A DNA stretch of 64,000 bases from Candidatus Marinacidobacterium sp. (GCA_965204755.1 OZ242011.1:1490266-1554265), one strand, 5' to 3'. Counted from the first letter of the stretch, positions 19,289 to 29,439 are shown. The notes: generated by a model not told the origin, from the sequence alone. A program made the numbers and translations.

Positions 19289-19960
19289 TCAGCGCCCGCT
19301 GCCGCGGCGGCCCCGGCGGTCGTTCCGCTCGACGAGTTTCGACCGCTGCTCCTCGGTGAGCAGCGCGCGCATCCGCTCCCGATCCGTCCGGCGGCGGAGC
19401 GCCTGTTCCGCCTCGAGGACGCCGACAGCGGCGCCGAGTTCCTTCACTTCGTCCGGGGAGCGGTTCTCGTCCCCGACCGCGCGGGCGAGTTCCCGGCGGG
19501 CGTCCGCGAGAGCGCGCCGACCGTCGCGCCGCTCGTCGGCGAGGTCACGGAAGAGGGTCCGCAACCCGTCCCGTTGCGCCTCGGTCAACTCGAGTTCCTC
19601 GGCGAGGCGGGGAGAGAGCAGCGCGCGGCCGCCGGAGTACCCGTATGCGCCTCGGCGGTCGCGGAACCGGCGCTCCACCCGCGCGCGGCGGCGGTCGCGG
19701 TTCCCCTCGCGCCGGGCGCGCTCCCGGTCGCGGCGGGCTTGGACGCGACCCTGCGCTTCGGCCGGGGCGCGGACCGTGGACGACGGCGAGGCTTCGGCCT
19801 CCGAAGGGCCGGCGGCGGCCGTCGCCGGAGCCGGGCTTTCCGCCCGCGCGGCGGCGCCGGCCACGGTGAGGGCGGCGAACGCCGCAGCGGCGGCGAGCAG
19901 GAACGAGCGGCTCCGAACCGCGCGGCGGGCGGCCGAAACGGAGTTCCGGGTGTTCGTCAT
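19289..19960 (-). CDS. Periplasmic Spy/CpxP-family (LTxxQ motif) stress protein
   Basis: Signal peptide plus two LTxxQ-type motifs (LELTEAQRDGL, LLTEEQRSKL) in a helical Arg/Glu-rich protein. Confidence 0.65.
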   Translation of the reverse strand: MTNTRNSVSAARRAVRSRSFLLAAAAAFAALTVAGAAARAESPAPATAAAGPSEAEASPSSTVRAPAEAQGRVQARRDRERARREGNRDRRRARVERRFRDRRGAYGYSGGRALLSPRLAEELELTEAQRDGLRTLFRDLADERRDGRRALADARRELARAVGDENRSPDEVKELGAAVGVLEAEQALRRRTDRERMRALLTEEQRSKLVERNDRRGRRGSGR

Positions 19961-20118
19961 GAGTCTTCCTCCTGACGGGAAATGGCCTCGCAGCCGATCC
20001 GCGGGCCCGCGGCCGGATTTGCAAGTGAAATGCCACCCGGCGGCCGGGATGCCGCCGGGCGAGAAGCGCTCCGGAGTGATAGCCTCACCGGTTTCGCGGG
20101 CGTCCGGCCGAGGCGGTG

Positions 20119-20195
20119 GGCGGGGTAGCTCAGTCGGTTAGAGCGGAGGACTCATAACCCTCAGGTCGGCGGTTCGAGTCCGCCCCCCGCTACCA
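20119..20195 (+). tRNA. tRNA-Met (anticodon CAT), CCA encoded
   Basis: Cloverleaf: acceptor GGCGGGG/CCCCGCT, D-arm GCTC-AGTCGGTTA-GAGC, anticodon loop CTCATAA, T-arm GGCGG-TTCGAGT-CCGCC, discriminator A plus CCA. It lacks the three consecutive G-C pairs of an initiator, so it is elongator-type or Ile2-like. Confidence 0.9.
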
Positions 20196-20281
20196 CCCCG
20201 TTCGGCGCGACGCGGCGCCCCCGGAAGATCCCCGGCGCCGGCGCCGCCGGCCGCCACCGGCCGTCCCGAGGCCAAATCCCC

Positions 20282-20611
20282 ATGCGCACCAAGCGAACCT
20301 TCAAGATCAAGGCCCGGCGCGATGTGTCCTGTCCCGAGACCTACGCGAACTTCTGCGAGGCCACCCATTCCCCCTTCGACCTGACGCTCACCTTCTGCTG
20401 CCTCTCCGGCATCCAGCCCGAAGATGTGACCGAGACCGGGGAGGGCGGGGACGGCGTGGTGTACGCGGACCCGAAGACCCGGATCGTCCTTCCCTTCCGG
20501 ATCGTGCCGGCGCTCATCAAGATGCTGGAGACCCAGATGCGGGCCGTCGAGGAGGGCGAGGAGGAAGAACCGTCGGGTCTGCAGCAGGCGGATTTCCCGG
20601 TCGTCCACTGA
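20282..20611 (+). CDS. DUF3467-family protein
   Basis: ETYANFCEATHSPFDLTLTF matches the DUF3467 core pattern (Y-x-N…HS…EF-x-LDF); acidic C-terminus. Confidence 0.6.
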   Translation: MRTKRTFKIKARRDVSCPETYANFCEATHSPFDLTLTFCCLSGIQPEDVTETGEGGDGVVYADPKTRIVLPFRIVPALIKMLETQMRAVEEGEEEEPSGLQQADFPVVH

Positions 20612-20777
20612 CTTGGGCCCGGATGACTTGGGCCCGGACAGGCCGTCGAGCCGGAGAGTGCCGACCAGAACGACCCGAACCACGCGCGCGCCCCGCCCCG
20701 CGGGTCGGAGCGAACGCGAGCGGAGCCTCGAACGGATCCAGGCGGCGCGGGTGACCCTCGCCGCCCGCTCGCTGTGG

Positions 20778-21110
20778 ATGAAGCGGGCGAGCGTCGCCGG
20801 AGTGGTGGTCCCGGTCGGCGTCGGCGCGCTTCAGGAGTGGCCGCTCCTGCAACTGCTCGCGATCCCGGCGGCGCTCCTCTGCTGGTGGCGCGACGCCGGG
20901 ATCACCCGCGCCGACCGCCGGCTCGACCGGCTCTACGAAGCGGTTACCGAGGGCGCGGTTCCGCCCCCGTCCACCGGGGAAGAGGAGGAGGCCGCCGACA
21001 GCCTGCCCGAGCCGGCGGACGCCCTCCGCAGCGCGTTGCTCTCAGGCCCCGGAGTCAGCCTCCACCTGCTGATGATCGGGATGGCCGTCTTCTTCAACCT
21101 CCTCGGCTGA
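20778..21110 (+). CDS. Hypothetical membrane protein
   Basis: ATG at 20778 (MKRASVAGVVVPVGVGALQEW…); two predicted TM helices. Its convergent overlap with the Trm112-like gene weakens the call. Confidence 0.3.
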   Translation: MKRASVAGVVVPVGVGALQEWPLLQLLAIPAALLCWWRDAGITRADRRLDRLYEAVTEGAVPPPSTGEEEEAADSLPEPADALRSALLSGPGVSLHLLMIGMAVFFNLLG

Positions 21111-21431
21111 GCCGACCGGCGCCGGGGCGCCGGAATCCCCGGCCTCTCCGGCGGCGCCCGCCGACTCGTCGGCGCCGTCCGCCAAGGGCAACGCGAGCCG
21201 CTCGCCGATCAGCATGATGGGGATCCCGTTGCGGACCGGATAGAGACAGGCGCCGTCCTCGCGCACCAGGCCGCCTTCGATCTCTTCGCCGACCGGCTCC
21301 CCGTCCCGGTTTCGGGCCGTCCCGCCGCGAATCGCCGTATTCACCTCGGCGACGAGCGCTTCGGGCGCTTCGCCCACCGGCTGGTGGGACTCCGGACAGC
21401 AGAGGATCTCGAGCAGTTCGGGATGGATCAT
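21042..21431 (-). CDS. Trm112/UPF0434 (DUF343) family protein
   Basis: MIHPELLEILCCPESHQPV…ACLYPVRNGIPIMLIGE is the Trm112p-like zinc-ribbon signature. The low-complexity C-terminal tail may be over-extended. Confidence 0.65.
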   Translation of the reverse strand: MIHPELLEILCCPESHQPVGEAPEALVAEVNTAIRGGTARNRDGEPVGEEIEGGLVREDGACLYPVRNGIPIMLIGERLALPLADGADESAGAAGEAGDSGAPAPVGSAEEVEEDGHPDHQQVEADSGA

Positions 21432-21486
21432 CGCGGACTTCGGAGAGTCGGACCGGGAGAGTCGGGACGGCGGGACGGGACGGCGG

Positions 21487-21572
21487 TGCCGGAGGAGGGG
21501 CTCGAACCCTCACGACCACTAAGGATCTCGGGATTTTGAGTCCCGCGCGTCTGCCGATTCCGCCACTCCGGC
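21487..21572 (-). tRNA. tRNA-Leu (anticodon CAA), CCA not encoded
   Basis: Minus-strand GCCGGAG-TG-GCGGAATCGGCAGACGC-G-CGGGA-CTCAAAA-TCCCG-long variable arm-GAGGG-TTCGAGC-CCCTC-CTCCGGC-A; the long variable arm is typical of Leu. Confidence 0.9.
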
Positions 21573-21782
21573 GAGGGCCGCCGCTCGCGCCGTCCCGTCC
21601 GGGGGCGGGCAGTGTAAACGCTCGGCAGGCGGCGCGTTCGGGCGCTCTCTCGACCGGCTCGGGGCCGCCCCGCGCCCGGCCGGCGCGTTTTTCGATGCGT
21701 TTTCGGCGGGAAAATGTGGTAGAATTCGGGAATTCGGGCGTTGAACCCGTTGTTTTTTCAACCGGAGCGTCGTTGAGGGCCC

Positions 21783-22409
21783 ATGCAGTTCGAAGTCGGT
21801 GACAAGGTGATCTACCCGAACCAGGGAATCAGCATCGTGGAGGGAATCGAGAGCGCCGACGGAGTTTCGGGCACTTGTTTCTACCGCCTGCGCCTGCTCG
21901 AGAAGTCCACGCTGGTGATGGTGCCCGTGGAGAAAGTGGGGGAAGTGGGACTCCGGCGGATCATGACCGACGGCGATGTCGAGGCGGTCCTCGATGTGCT
22001 CGAACACGGTGAAGTGGACGAGCAGTTGAACTGGAAGACCCGGTACAAGGACAACTCCGACCGGATGAAGAGCGGTTCGCCGGTGGAAGTCGCCGGGGTG
22101 CTCAAGGGTCTCTACTACCTGAGCGAGCGGAAGACGCTCTCCTTTCGGGAGAAGCGGATGCTCGACCGCGCCCACCAGTTGACGGTCACCGAGGTCGCGG
22201 AAGTGGCCGGCCAGTCGGTGGAGGAAGTGGAGAACAAGGTGTTCGACGCGCTCCGCCGCAGCCGCAACGGCGCGACCGGCCGGGACGACGCCGACGACGG
22301 CCACCCCCGGGCGACGAGCGTCGTCCCCCGCCCGGTGCGGAGGCGGCGCAAGGGGCGGAGCGTGGAAGGCGGCCGCTGCACGGTCTCCATCTCGATCAAC
22401 CGCTACTGA
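21783..22409 (+). CDS. carD: CarD-family transcriptional regulator (CdnL)
   Basis: MQFEVGDKVIYPNQGISIVEGIE… is the CarD_CdnL_TRCF RNAP-interacting domain; 208 aa. Confidence 0.9.
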   Translation: MQFEVGDKVIYPNQGISIVEGIESADGVSGTCFYRLRLLEKSTLVMVPVEKVGEVGLRRIMTDGDVEAVLDVLEHGEVDEQLNWKTRYKDNSDRMKSGSPVEVAGVLKGLYYLSERKTLSFREKRMLDRAHQLTVTEVAEVAGQSVEEVENKVFDALRRSRNGATGRDDADDGHPRATSVVPRPVRRRRKGRSVEGGRCTVSISINRY

Positions 22410-22450
22410 ATCCCCCGCGCCGGCGCCCGCCGAGTACGCCTTCGCGCTCC

Positions 22451-23203
22451 GTGGGCCGGCGCTCCCCCTTCGCTGCGCTTCGCGCCCTCCTCGGGACCGC
22501 CGGCGTGGCGGTGGCGCTGCCGCTGATGCTGGTGGCGGCGCTGGCGGCGATCCCGCTCGGCGACCGGCTCAGCGGCCGGAGGCGGCTCGGCTACGAGTTC
22601 GGGCGGCTGATCATGCAGGTCTGCTGGCGGATCACCGGCATCCGCATCCGGGAGACGGCGCGCGAGCGGATCGAACCGCTCCGGCCGCGGGTGTACATGA
22701 CGAACCACACCTCGCTCCTCGACATGCCGGCGATCCTGGCGCTGCTGCCCGGCCAGAACACGACGCTCATCAAGAAGGAGGCGTTCCGGGTGCCGCTGGT
22801 GGGGTCGGCGTTCCGCGCGGTGGGGTTCGTGCCGGTGGACCGGACGAATCCGACCGCCGCGCGCCGCAGTTTGGAGCGCGCCGTGGACGCGATTCGGGAG
22901 GGGCACTCGCTGGTGATCGCCCCGGAAGGAACGCGGAGCCGCGACGGGAAGGTCGGGCCCTTCAAGACCGGCGGCTTCCGGATCGCGGTGGCCGCCGGCG
23001 CCCCGATCGCGCCGATCACCGTGACCGGCGCGCGGGAGCGGCTGGTCCCGGGTTCGAAACTCGTCCGCCCCGGCTTCATCCGGGTGCGCTACCACGAACC
23101 GGTGCCCACCGACGGCATCGAGCCCGGGGACCGCGGGGCAGTGGCGGCGCTGGTCACCCAGGTGCGGGAGACCATCTCCGCGGGCCTTCCGGCGAGCGCG
23201 TGA
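22451..23203 (+). CDS. plsC: 1-acyl-sn-glycerol-3-phosphate acyltransferase
   Basis: Acyltransferase motifs NHTSLLD (H-x4-D) and APEGTRS; N-terminal TM segment. Confidence 0.85.
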   Translation: MGRRSPFAALRALLGTAGVAVALPLMLVAALAAIPLGDRLSGRRRLGYEFGRLIMQVCWRITGIRIRETARERIEPLRPRVYMTNHTSLLDMPAILALLPGQNTTLIKKEAFRVPLVGSAFRAVGFVPVDRTNPTAARRSLERAVDAIREGHSLVIAPEGTRSRDGKVGPFKTGGFRIAVAAGAPIAPITVTGARERLVPGSKLVRPGFIRVRYHEPVPTDGIEPGDRGAVAALVTQVRETISAGLPASA

Positions 23204-23370
23204 ACGCCGCCGGCCCGCCGACGCCGGGGTCTCCCCGGACTTCCCACGGGCCGTTCGGCGAGCGACACTTCCCGCCGCCCGGTCCCTTCCGGTTCCTCGT
23301 CCGGTAACCGCCGCGCCGCCGTTCCGGCGGCCTCCACCTGTTCCTCCACCGCGCTTAGGGAGCGTTCTAC

Positions 23371-24987
23371 TTGACCCACCTCACGACGGAACACCTCGGT
23401 TTCGCCCGAAGCCGCCACGACCTCTCCACTTCCGGGATCCGCTACCCGCGGCGGGTGCTGTGGAACCTGTCCACGGCGGCGCTCACCCAGGAGGCCGTCT
23501 TCCGCGGGGAGGCGACGCTGGCCCACGGCGGCCCCATCGTGGTGCGCACCGGCGAGTTCACCGGCCGGTCGCCCAAGGACAAGTACATCGTCGAGGAGCC
23601 GAACACGAGCGGCGAGGTGTGGTGGGGCCCCCACAACCAGCCGTTCTCGCGCGAGCAGTACGACCGGCTCCGCTGGCGGCTCACCGCCTACATGCAGAAC
23701 CGGGAGTTGTTCGTCCAGGACTGCTTCGCCGGCGCCGACCCCGAGTTCCGGCTGCCGCTGCGCGTGATCACCACCACGGCGTGGCAGAGCCTGTTCGCCC
23801 GCAACATGTTCATCCGGACGCGCGACGAAACCCGGCTGACCGAGCACGAACCGCAGTTCACGGTCATCGCCGCGCCCAGTTTCCGCGCCGCGCCCGACCA
23901 GGACGGCACCCGGTCCGAAGTCTTCGTGATCGTGAACTTCGAGCGCCGGGAGATCCTCATCGGCGGCACCGCCTACGCCGGCGAAATCAAGAAGTCCGTC
24001 TTCTCGGTGATGAACTGGCTGCTGCCGGAACGCGGCGTCCTGCCGATGCACTGCTCGGCGAACTACGGCGCCGACGAGGACGACCTCGCCATCTTCTTCG
24101 GCCTCTCGGGCACCGGGAAGACCACGCTCTCCGCCGACCGGGGCCGCACGCTGGTCGGCGACGACGAACACGGGTGGGGCGAGAACGGCGTCTTCAACTT
24201 CGAGGGCGGCTGCTACGCGAAGGTCATCCGGCTGTCCCGCGAAGGGGAACCGGAGATCCACGCCACGACGCGCCGCTTCGGAACCATCCTGGAGAATGTG
24301 AAGGTGCGGGAGGAGACCCGGCGCCTCGACCTCGACAGCGCCGAGTTCACCGAGAACACGCGGGCGTCCTACCCGGTCACCCACATCCCGAGCGCCTCCC
24401 GAACCGGTTGCGGCGGGCAGCCGCGGGTGGTCCTGATGCTGACTGCGGACGCCTTCGGCGTGCTCCCGCCCATCTCCCGGCTCACCCCGGAGCAGGCGCG
24501 CTACCACTTCGTGTCCGGCTACACCGCGAAGGTCGCCGGCACCGAGCGCGGCGTCAGCGAGCCGCAGGCGACCTTCAGCGCCTGCTTCGGCGCGCCGTTC
24601 ATGACCCGCCGACCGGAGGCGTACGCGGAACTCCTCGGCCGCCGCCTCGAGGAGCGCCAGGTGAAGTGCTACCTGGTGAACACCGGCTGGACCGGCGGCC
24701 CCTGCGGCGCCTCCCCGCGGATGCCGCTGGCGCTGACCCGCGCGCTGGTGCGCGCCGCCCTCGACGGCTCGCTCGAGAAGACCGAGTTCCGACGGGAGCC
24801 GATCTTCGGGCTGCAGATCCCGAAGGAATGCCCCGGAGCCCCGCCGGAGATCCTCGATCCCGGTCGGAGTTGGCAGGACCCGGACGCCTACGGGCGCCAG
24901 GCGCGGAAACTCCTCGGCATGTTCGAGGAGAACACCGAGAAACTCGGCCCGGCCGCCGGTTCGTTCGCCGCCGCGGCGGCGGCCTGA
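23371..24987 (+). CDS. pckA: Phosphoenolpyruvate carboxykinase (ATP)
   Basis: 538 aa; GLSGTGKTTLS P-loop/kinase-1a and …RSPKDKYIV… motifs of ATP-PEPCK. The TTG start has an AGGGAG SD 9 nt upstream. Confidence 0.95.
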   Translation: MTHLTTEHLGFARSRHDLSTSGIRYPRRVLWNLSTAALTQEAVFRGEATLAHGGPIVVRTGEFTGRSPKDKYIVEEPNTSGEVWWGPHNQPFSREQYDRLRWRLTAYMQNRELFVQDCFAGADPEFRLPLRVITTTAWQSLFARNMFIRTRDETRLTEHEPQFTVIAAPSFRAAPDQDGTRSEVFVIVNFERREILIGGTAYAGEIKKSVFSVMNWLLPERGVLPMHCSANYGADEDDLAIFFGLSGTGKTTLSADRGRTLVGDDEHGWGENGVFNFEGGCYAKVIRLSREGEPEIHATTRRFGTILENVKVREETRRLDLDSAEFTENTRASYPVTHIPSASRTGCGGQPRVVLMLTADAFGVLPPISRLTPEQARYHFVSGYTAKVAGTERGVSEPQATFSACFGAPFMTRRPEAYAELLGRRLEERQVKCYLVNTGWTGGPCGASPRMPLALTRALVRAALDGSLEKTEFRREPIFGLQIPKECPGAPPEILDPGRSWQDPDAYGRQARKLLGMFEENTEKLGPAAGSFAAAAAA

Positions 24988-24995
24988 CGGCGGCG

Positions 24996-25754
24996 TTGCC
25001 GGCAGCGTCGCCGACCGACCGCCGGACGCTGGTTCTGCTCCGCCACGGCGAAAGCGTCTGGAACCGGGAGAACCGGTTCACCGGCTGGACCGATGTCCCG
25101 CTCGCCGACACCGGCCGGGAGCAGGCCCGCCGCGCCGGCGACCTGCTGGTCGAGGCGGGGATCGTCCCGGCCACCGCCCACACCTCGCGCCTCCGCCGGG
25201 CGGAGGACACCCTGAGCGAGGTGATGGCCCGGGCCCGGTGGGAGGCGGTCCCCGTCCGCCGGGCCTGGGAACTCAACGAGCGCCACTACGGCGTCCTCCA
25301 GGGCGAGGACAAGGCGGAGACAGAGCGCCGCTACGGCCGGGAGCAGACGAGGCGCTGGCGCCGGAGTTACGCCGACGGCCCTCCCCCGGTGGACCGCGCC
25401 GACCCCCGCCACCCGGCGCAGGATCCGCGGTACCGAGAAGTCCCGCCGGAGGCCCTCCCGGCCGGCGAGTCCCTGCGGGACACCGCGGAGCGCGTCCTCC
25501 CCTACTGGGAGCGGGCGATCCTCCCCGACCTCGACCTCGGCCCGGTGCTGGTCGCCGCCCACGGCAACAGCCTCCGGGCGCTGGTGATGCGCCTCGAAGC
25601 CCTGTCCCCGGAGGAGATCGAACACCGCAACATCCCCACCGGGATCCCCTTGGTCCTGACGCTGGACGGGGCCTCTCGCGCGGTCGAGCGCCGCTACCTG
25701 GCCTCCGAGGCCGAACTCGACCGGGGCATCACCTTGGCGGCGCATCGCCCGTAG
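24996..25754 (+). CDS. gpmA: 2,3-bisphosphoglycerate-dependent phosphoglycerate mutase
   Basis: LVLLRHGESVWNRENRFTGWTDVPL is the canonical dPGM N-terminal motif. The start is assigned to TTG 24996 just after the pckA stop and is uncertain by a few codons. Confidence 0.9.
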   Translation: MPAASPTDRRTLVLLRHGESVWNRENRFTGWTDVPLADTGREQARRAGDLLVEAGIVPATAHTSRLRRAEDTLSEVMARARWEAVPVRRAWELNERHYGVLQGEDKAETERRYGREQTRRWRRSYADGPPPVDRADPRHPAQDPRYREVPPEALPAGESLRDTAERVLPYWERAILPDLDLGPVLVAAHGNSLRALVMRLEALSPEEIEHRNIPTGIPLVLTLDGASRAVERRYLASEAELDRGITLAAHRP

Positions 25755-25815
25755 AATTGCGTCCGTTCCGAGCGAGGGCGCCGCGCGGCCCCGTTTCCGG
25801 AACAGCCCCTCCGAC

Positions 25816-27725
25816 ATGAAGAAGAACCGCTCGAACCGGCAGTGGCGGTGGGAAACCGTCGACCCGAATGTGGGCGCTGCCGGCGGCGCCTTCGCGAAGG
25901 TGTTTCGCAACCTGGAGGAGAAGAAGCCCGGCTTTCTGGAGGAAGGCGCTCCGGGGTTGAACGCTTACCTGATGGCTCGAGAGGTCATCCAGAACGCATG
26001 GGACGCCGCCCTCGAGTTGCGGAAACCTGCCCCCCCCCCCCCCCCGCAAAAAGTCTTCCAGATTTCTACATCCAGTTCGACTTTCGTGTGCTGAGCGGTT
26101 CGGAAAAGAAGTCGCTCATCGCCACACTGGACTTGGGCGGGCATGTCGAGCGGCTTTCGCAACTCGAACGACAGACGATCGGTCTCGATGACGATCTCTG
26201 TCTGGATCATCTCGAGAGCAACGAACCGCTCCCGGTTCTCGTCATCGAGGAGACGGCAACGACCGGGATGTTCGGGCCGTGGAAGGGCGCCAAGTCGAAA
26301 CTCTTCAAGGCTCTCGCCGCCCTCGGCATCCAAGGCAAGGACGATGCGGATGCCGGGGGTGCCTTCGGTTTCGGCAAGGCGGGCCTGATTCGCGGTTCGG
26401 CCCCGCGGATCGTGGTGGCCTACACCTGCTTCCGGGAACAGATGGACGATCCAGGAGTTACCCGTCGCCTCTTGGGAATCACCTATTGGGACGCACATTC
26501 ACTGGACGACCGAGACTTCACCGGAATGGCGCGTTGGGACACGAACTCCGATGAGCCGCGACCGTTCGAGAACGACGAGGCGGACGGTATCGCCGAGGAA
26601 CTGGGGCTGAGGCTTCGCCACCCGGACAACGACGAGGACTTCGGCACTTCGTTCTTGATCCTGCAACCCACCGTCGATCCGGGGAGGCTGGAGACCGCGA
26701 TCAACCGCTCTTGGTGGCCGGCGCTGGAAGACACGACGCTCGGCTTCCAGGCAGCGATCCGGCCGCCCGGCGAAGACGCGCGTTCTCCGCGACCGCAACA
26801 GGACGCCGACCTGCAGCCCTTCGTCCGTGCTTATCGGCAGGCGACCTCCACCGCAAAGTTCATCGGCAAAGTTCCCAACCTCCACTCTTTTGATATCTGG
26901 GACTCGTCCCGACTACTGGGAAAACTCGTACTGGTCACCGACCCGGACGGTTGGTCGTTCCAGGACCCGAGTTCGTCATCGGATGAGAGTCTCGTCGCGC
27001 TGATGCGCAACACGCGGATGGTCGTGGAATATCGAAAGTTGGGGTTCCGGGAGACCACTCCGATCGTTCGCGGCGTCTTCGTGGCGGACGACGGCGTGAG
27101 CGGTCTTCTCCGGGAAACGGAACCCGTCGGGCACGATGCTTGGTATTCGGGTGGTGACGAGAACGATGCCAGCGAAGAGGCTCGTGCTGTCGCAGACTGC
27201 ATCCTGAAGAAAATCAAGGATCGCGTTCGCAAGGTTCGCAAGGACTTGGCGCCGCCCGCACCGAAACCGGAGTTCGTGAGGCTCCCGGAGTTCGACCGCA
27301 TCATGCGGCGCATCTTGGGCGGCGAGGGCCGAAAACAGGGGCCGACCGCGCAGAGGCGTTTCGTACGGTTGGATGGAATCGAGAGCGAGCCCGAGATCGT
27401 TGGCCACGGGCTCATCCGTACCACCGGGTCCGCGCAGTTCGGTCTGAGCGAAAATTTTCCGGTGTCCCGCCCCGGCGCACGCGTTGCCATCCAAGTCCGT
27501 TTCGTGGTACTCGAGGACGGTCAGGCCCGCGGCGCCAATAGCGTCCCGGTCGCAGTCGCGCCTCCCGATGGCTTCGAAGTCGCCGACGACGCCGATCCCC
27601 ACCGCTTCACGGGCTGGTTGGCTCGCGGCGACGAACACGGCTTCTCCTTCCAAACGGATCCTTACGACGAGGATTGGACCGGTCGGCTCTACATCGAGGC
27701 CGAATTCCTTTCCGAGGACTCTTGA
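25816..27725 (+). CDS. GHKL (Bergerat-fold, MORC/MutL-like) ATPase-domain protein, first gene of an R-M-like island; interrupted by a frameshift at the poly-C tract
   Basis: Segment 1 (25816..26094, frame 1) carries the N-box YLMAREVIQNAWDA. Segment 2 (25842..27725, frame 3) carries a G1-like box (VIEETATTGMFGP) and a G2 box (GGAFGFGKAGL, cf. MORC G-x-FG-x-G-x-K). The frames join only if the 16-C tract gains 1 nt or loses 2. GC is lower (~58-60%) than the flanks. Confidence 0.75.
26030..26045 (+). repeat. Homopolymeric C16 tract inside the GHKL ATPase gene
   Basis: Counted directly: c at 26030 through c at 26045. It is translated as PAPPPPPQ in the upstream frame and is out of frame with the downstream ATPase core. 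Confidence 0.9.
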
Positions 27726-28711
27726 ATCGAGAACGCAAGACCGTACGCCCGTTTCGGGGCGTAGCGCCGTCGCTGACCAGAGCCCTGCGGAATGCGGTTC
27801 TTCGGTTCGGAGAGAAACAGGTCACCGCGGGCGCTCGCCTCCAGTGGGACGACTTCGAGACCTACCGAGACCAAGACATTTTGCTGGAGTGGAGCGCGGA
27901 CGACGAGTCTCCGACCTTCTTGTCCGGGCTGAAACAAGGCTGCCGCGAGTCCGGTCTGCCTCCCGACAGTCTGGCTCTCGTCGTCACGGCCACCAGCCGG
28001 TATCTCGGTATCGTGGATGTCCTCTTCAACTGTCCTCTGGACGACTTGGATGAACTCGAACCTGCCCTTGACCTTCGGGCCGAGAAAACCGACGCGGCGG
28101 CTTGGAGGACATGTGTCCGAGGTTGCCGGGTGGACGCGTATCTCCTGCTCGCCCGCAAACTGGAAGAACGGCCTCTTCGCCCCTGGAGGAAGGGAGTGTG
28201 GCTGTCGAGGGCGAGTTTCACGGTAGCGACAGACTACACGGAGAGTCTGTTTCGACCGAGGAAACTGGACGACAAACAGCGGAAGCGATTTCAACTCTCG
28301 GTTCAGGCGCTCCGCTATGTCCATCTTCCGGAACCCGTCTGGGAGGAATATGACCCCGAAGAGCCGCCGGAGGTGTACTTGGACGCCGAGATCATGGCGC
28401 AGATCGCGGCGAAGCCGAAAGCGCTGCCGAGCCGCCTGGCCCAAGCGGAACTCGCCTATGTGTTCCTGCGTGGCGTCCTCACCGATGCTCACATGAACCG
28501 AAAGCAGTGGCGCGGGCGCATGTGGCGGGACATCGCGAACACACTGCTCGGCAAGGCCCTTCGCGCCATCGCCGGGAAGAACGCGCCCGTCGCCGAGTGC
28601 GCTCGATGGATGGACAGACTCGGCAGTGACGGTGGCTTGGAGGGTGTCGTGTCGGAGTGCGAGGGCGTCACCGAAATTCGCGCTCTTCTTCGCGACGCGT
28701 TTCGGGAGTAG
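27722..28711 (+). CDS. Hypothetical protein (island gene 2), no recognisable family
   Basis: ORF 27674..28711. A TTG at 27722 overlaps the upstream TGA (TTGA), suggesting translational coupling. Coherent non-repetitive composition; 329 aa. Confidence 0.6.
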   Translation: MNRERKTVRPFRGVAPSLTRALRNAVLRFGEKQVTAGARLQWDDFETYRDQDILLEWSADDESPTFLSGLKQGCRESGLPPDSLALVVTATSRYLGIVDVLFNCPLDDLDELEPALDLRAEKTDAAAWRTCVRGCRVDAYLLLARKLEERPLRPWRKGVWLSRASFTVATDYTESLFRPRKLDDKQRKRFQLSVQALRYVHLPEPVWEEYDPEEPPEVYLDAEIMAQIAAKPKALPSRLAQAELAYVFLRGVLTDAHMNRKQWRGRMWRDIANTLLGKALRAIAGKNAPVAECARWMDRLGSDGGLEGVVSECEGVTEIRALLRDAFRE

Positions 28712-28716
28712 CCACG

Positions 28717-29439
28717 ATGCGATACAAGACACTCCCGCTCCAGGAGTGTCGGCGTTTCGCCCGCGAGCGACTCGCGGGAGAGACGCCGGACATCGGTACG
28801 GGCGTTGTCTTCGCCGGAGCCGGCGAAGACCTCGACATAAAGCCGATCCGCAAGGCCGCCAAGAAGATCGTCCGTCTCGTCGACGACAAGGCGAAGGATC
28901 GGGATCGAATCGAGGGGAAGGCCGCTGTTCTCCTCTACGACGGCCTTGCCGGAGTCCCGGTCGACGCACTCGACGATCCGGGTTTCTGGCGCTACCTGAG
29001 TGTCGGATTGGCGTTTTGGGGCTTCATCGCCTGGAGGGAGCACCGCGCACTGCAGAAGGGCGACAACTTCCTCAAGTATGTCGACGGGAAGAAGGCGACC
29101 GAGTGTGTCCTTCCGCGCATGTACATGCGCGTGTTGGCGCTCGGCGCCCGGGACGACCCGAAGGGACAGTTCCGGGAACTGGCTACGGCGCTTCCGGCCG
29201 CGACGGACTTCTGGCGGAGTCATGTGGTCCGGGTGCAGACCGCGGCGTCGCCGGCCGTCGTTCGGGCGTTCGCGCGAATGCAAAAAGAGAGGCGTCTCAA
29301 CACCGACGATCTCCGGGAGTTCGCGAAGGACATTTCCAAGATCCGTTCGACGGTCGTTTTGAGCATCTACAACGACGAGGAAGCCGACATCTTCATCCGA
29401 GACCTTCGCGCGAAGTTCGACCGCCGGAAGGCCGGATAG
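28717..29439 (+). CDS. Hypothetical protein (island gene 3), no recognisable family; weak PD-(D/E)xK-like motif
   Basis: ATG at 28717 (MRYKTLPLQECRRF…), 6 nt after the gene-2 stop. The N-terminal TPD…(14 aa)…EDLDIK has the spacing of a PD-(D/E)xK nuclease motif, but this is speculative. 240 aa. Confidence 0.6.
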   Translation: MRYKTLPLQECRRFARERLAGETPDIGTGVVFAGAGEDLDIKPIRKAAKKIVRLVDDKAKDRDRIEGKAAVLLYDGLAGVPVDALDDPGFWRYLSVGLAFWGFIAWREHRALQKGDNFLKYVDGKKATECVLPRMYMRVLALGARDDPKGQFRELATALPAATDFWRSHVVRVQTAASPAVVRAFARMQKERRLNTDDLREFAKDISKIRSTVVLSIYNDEEADIFIRDLRAKFDRRKAG

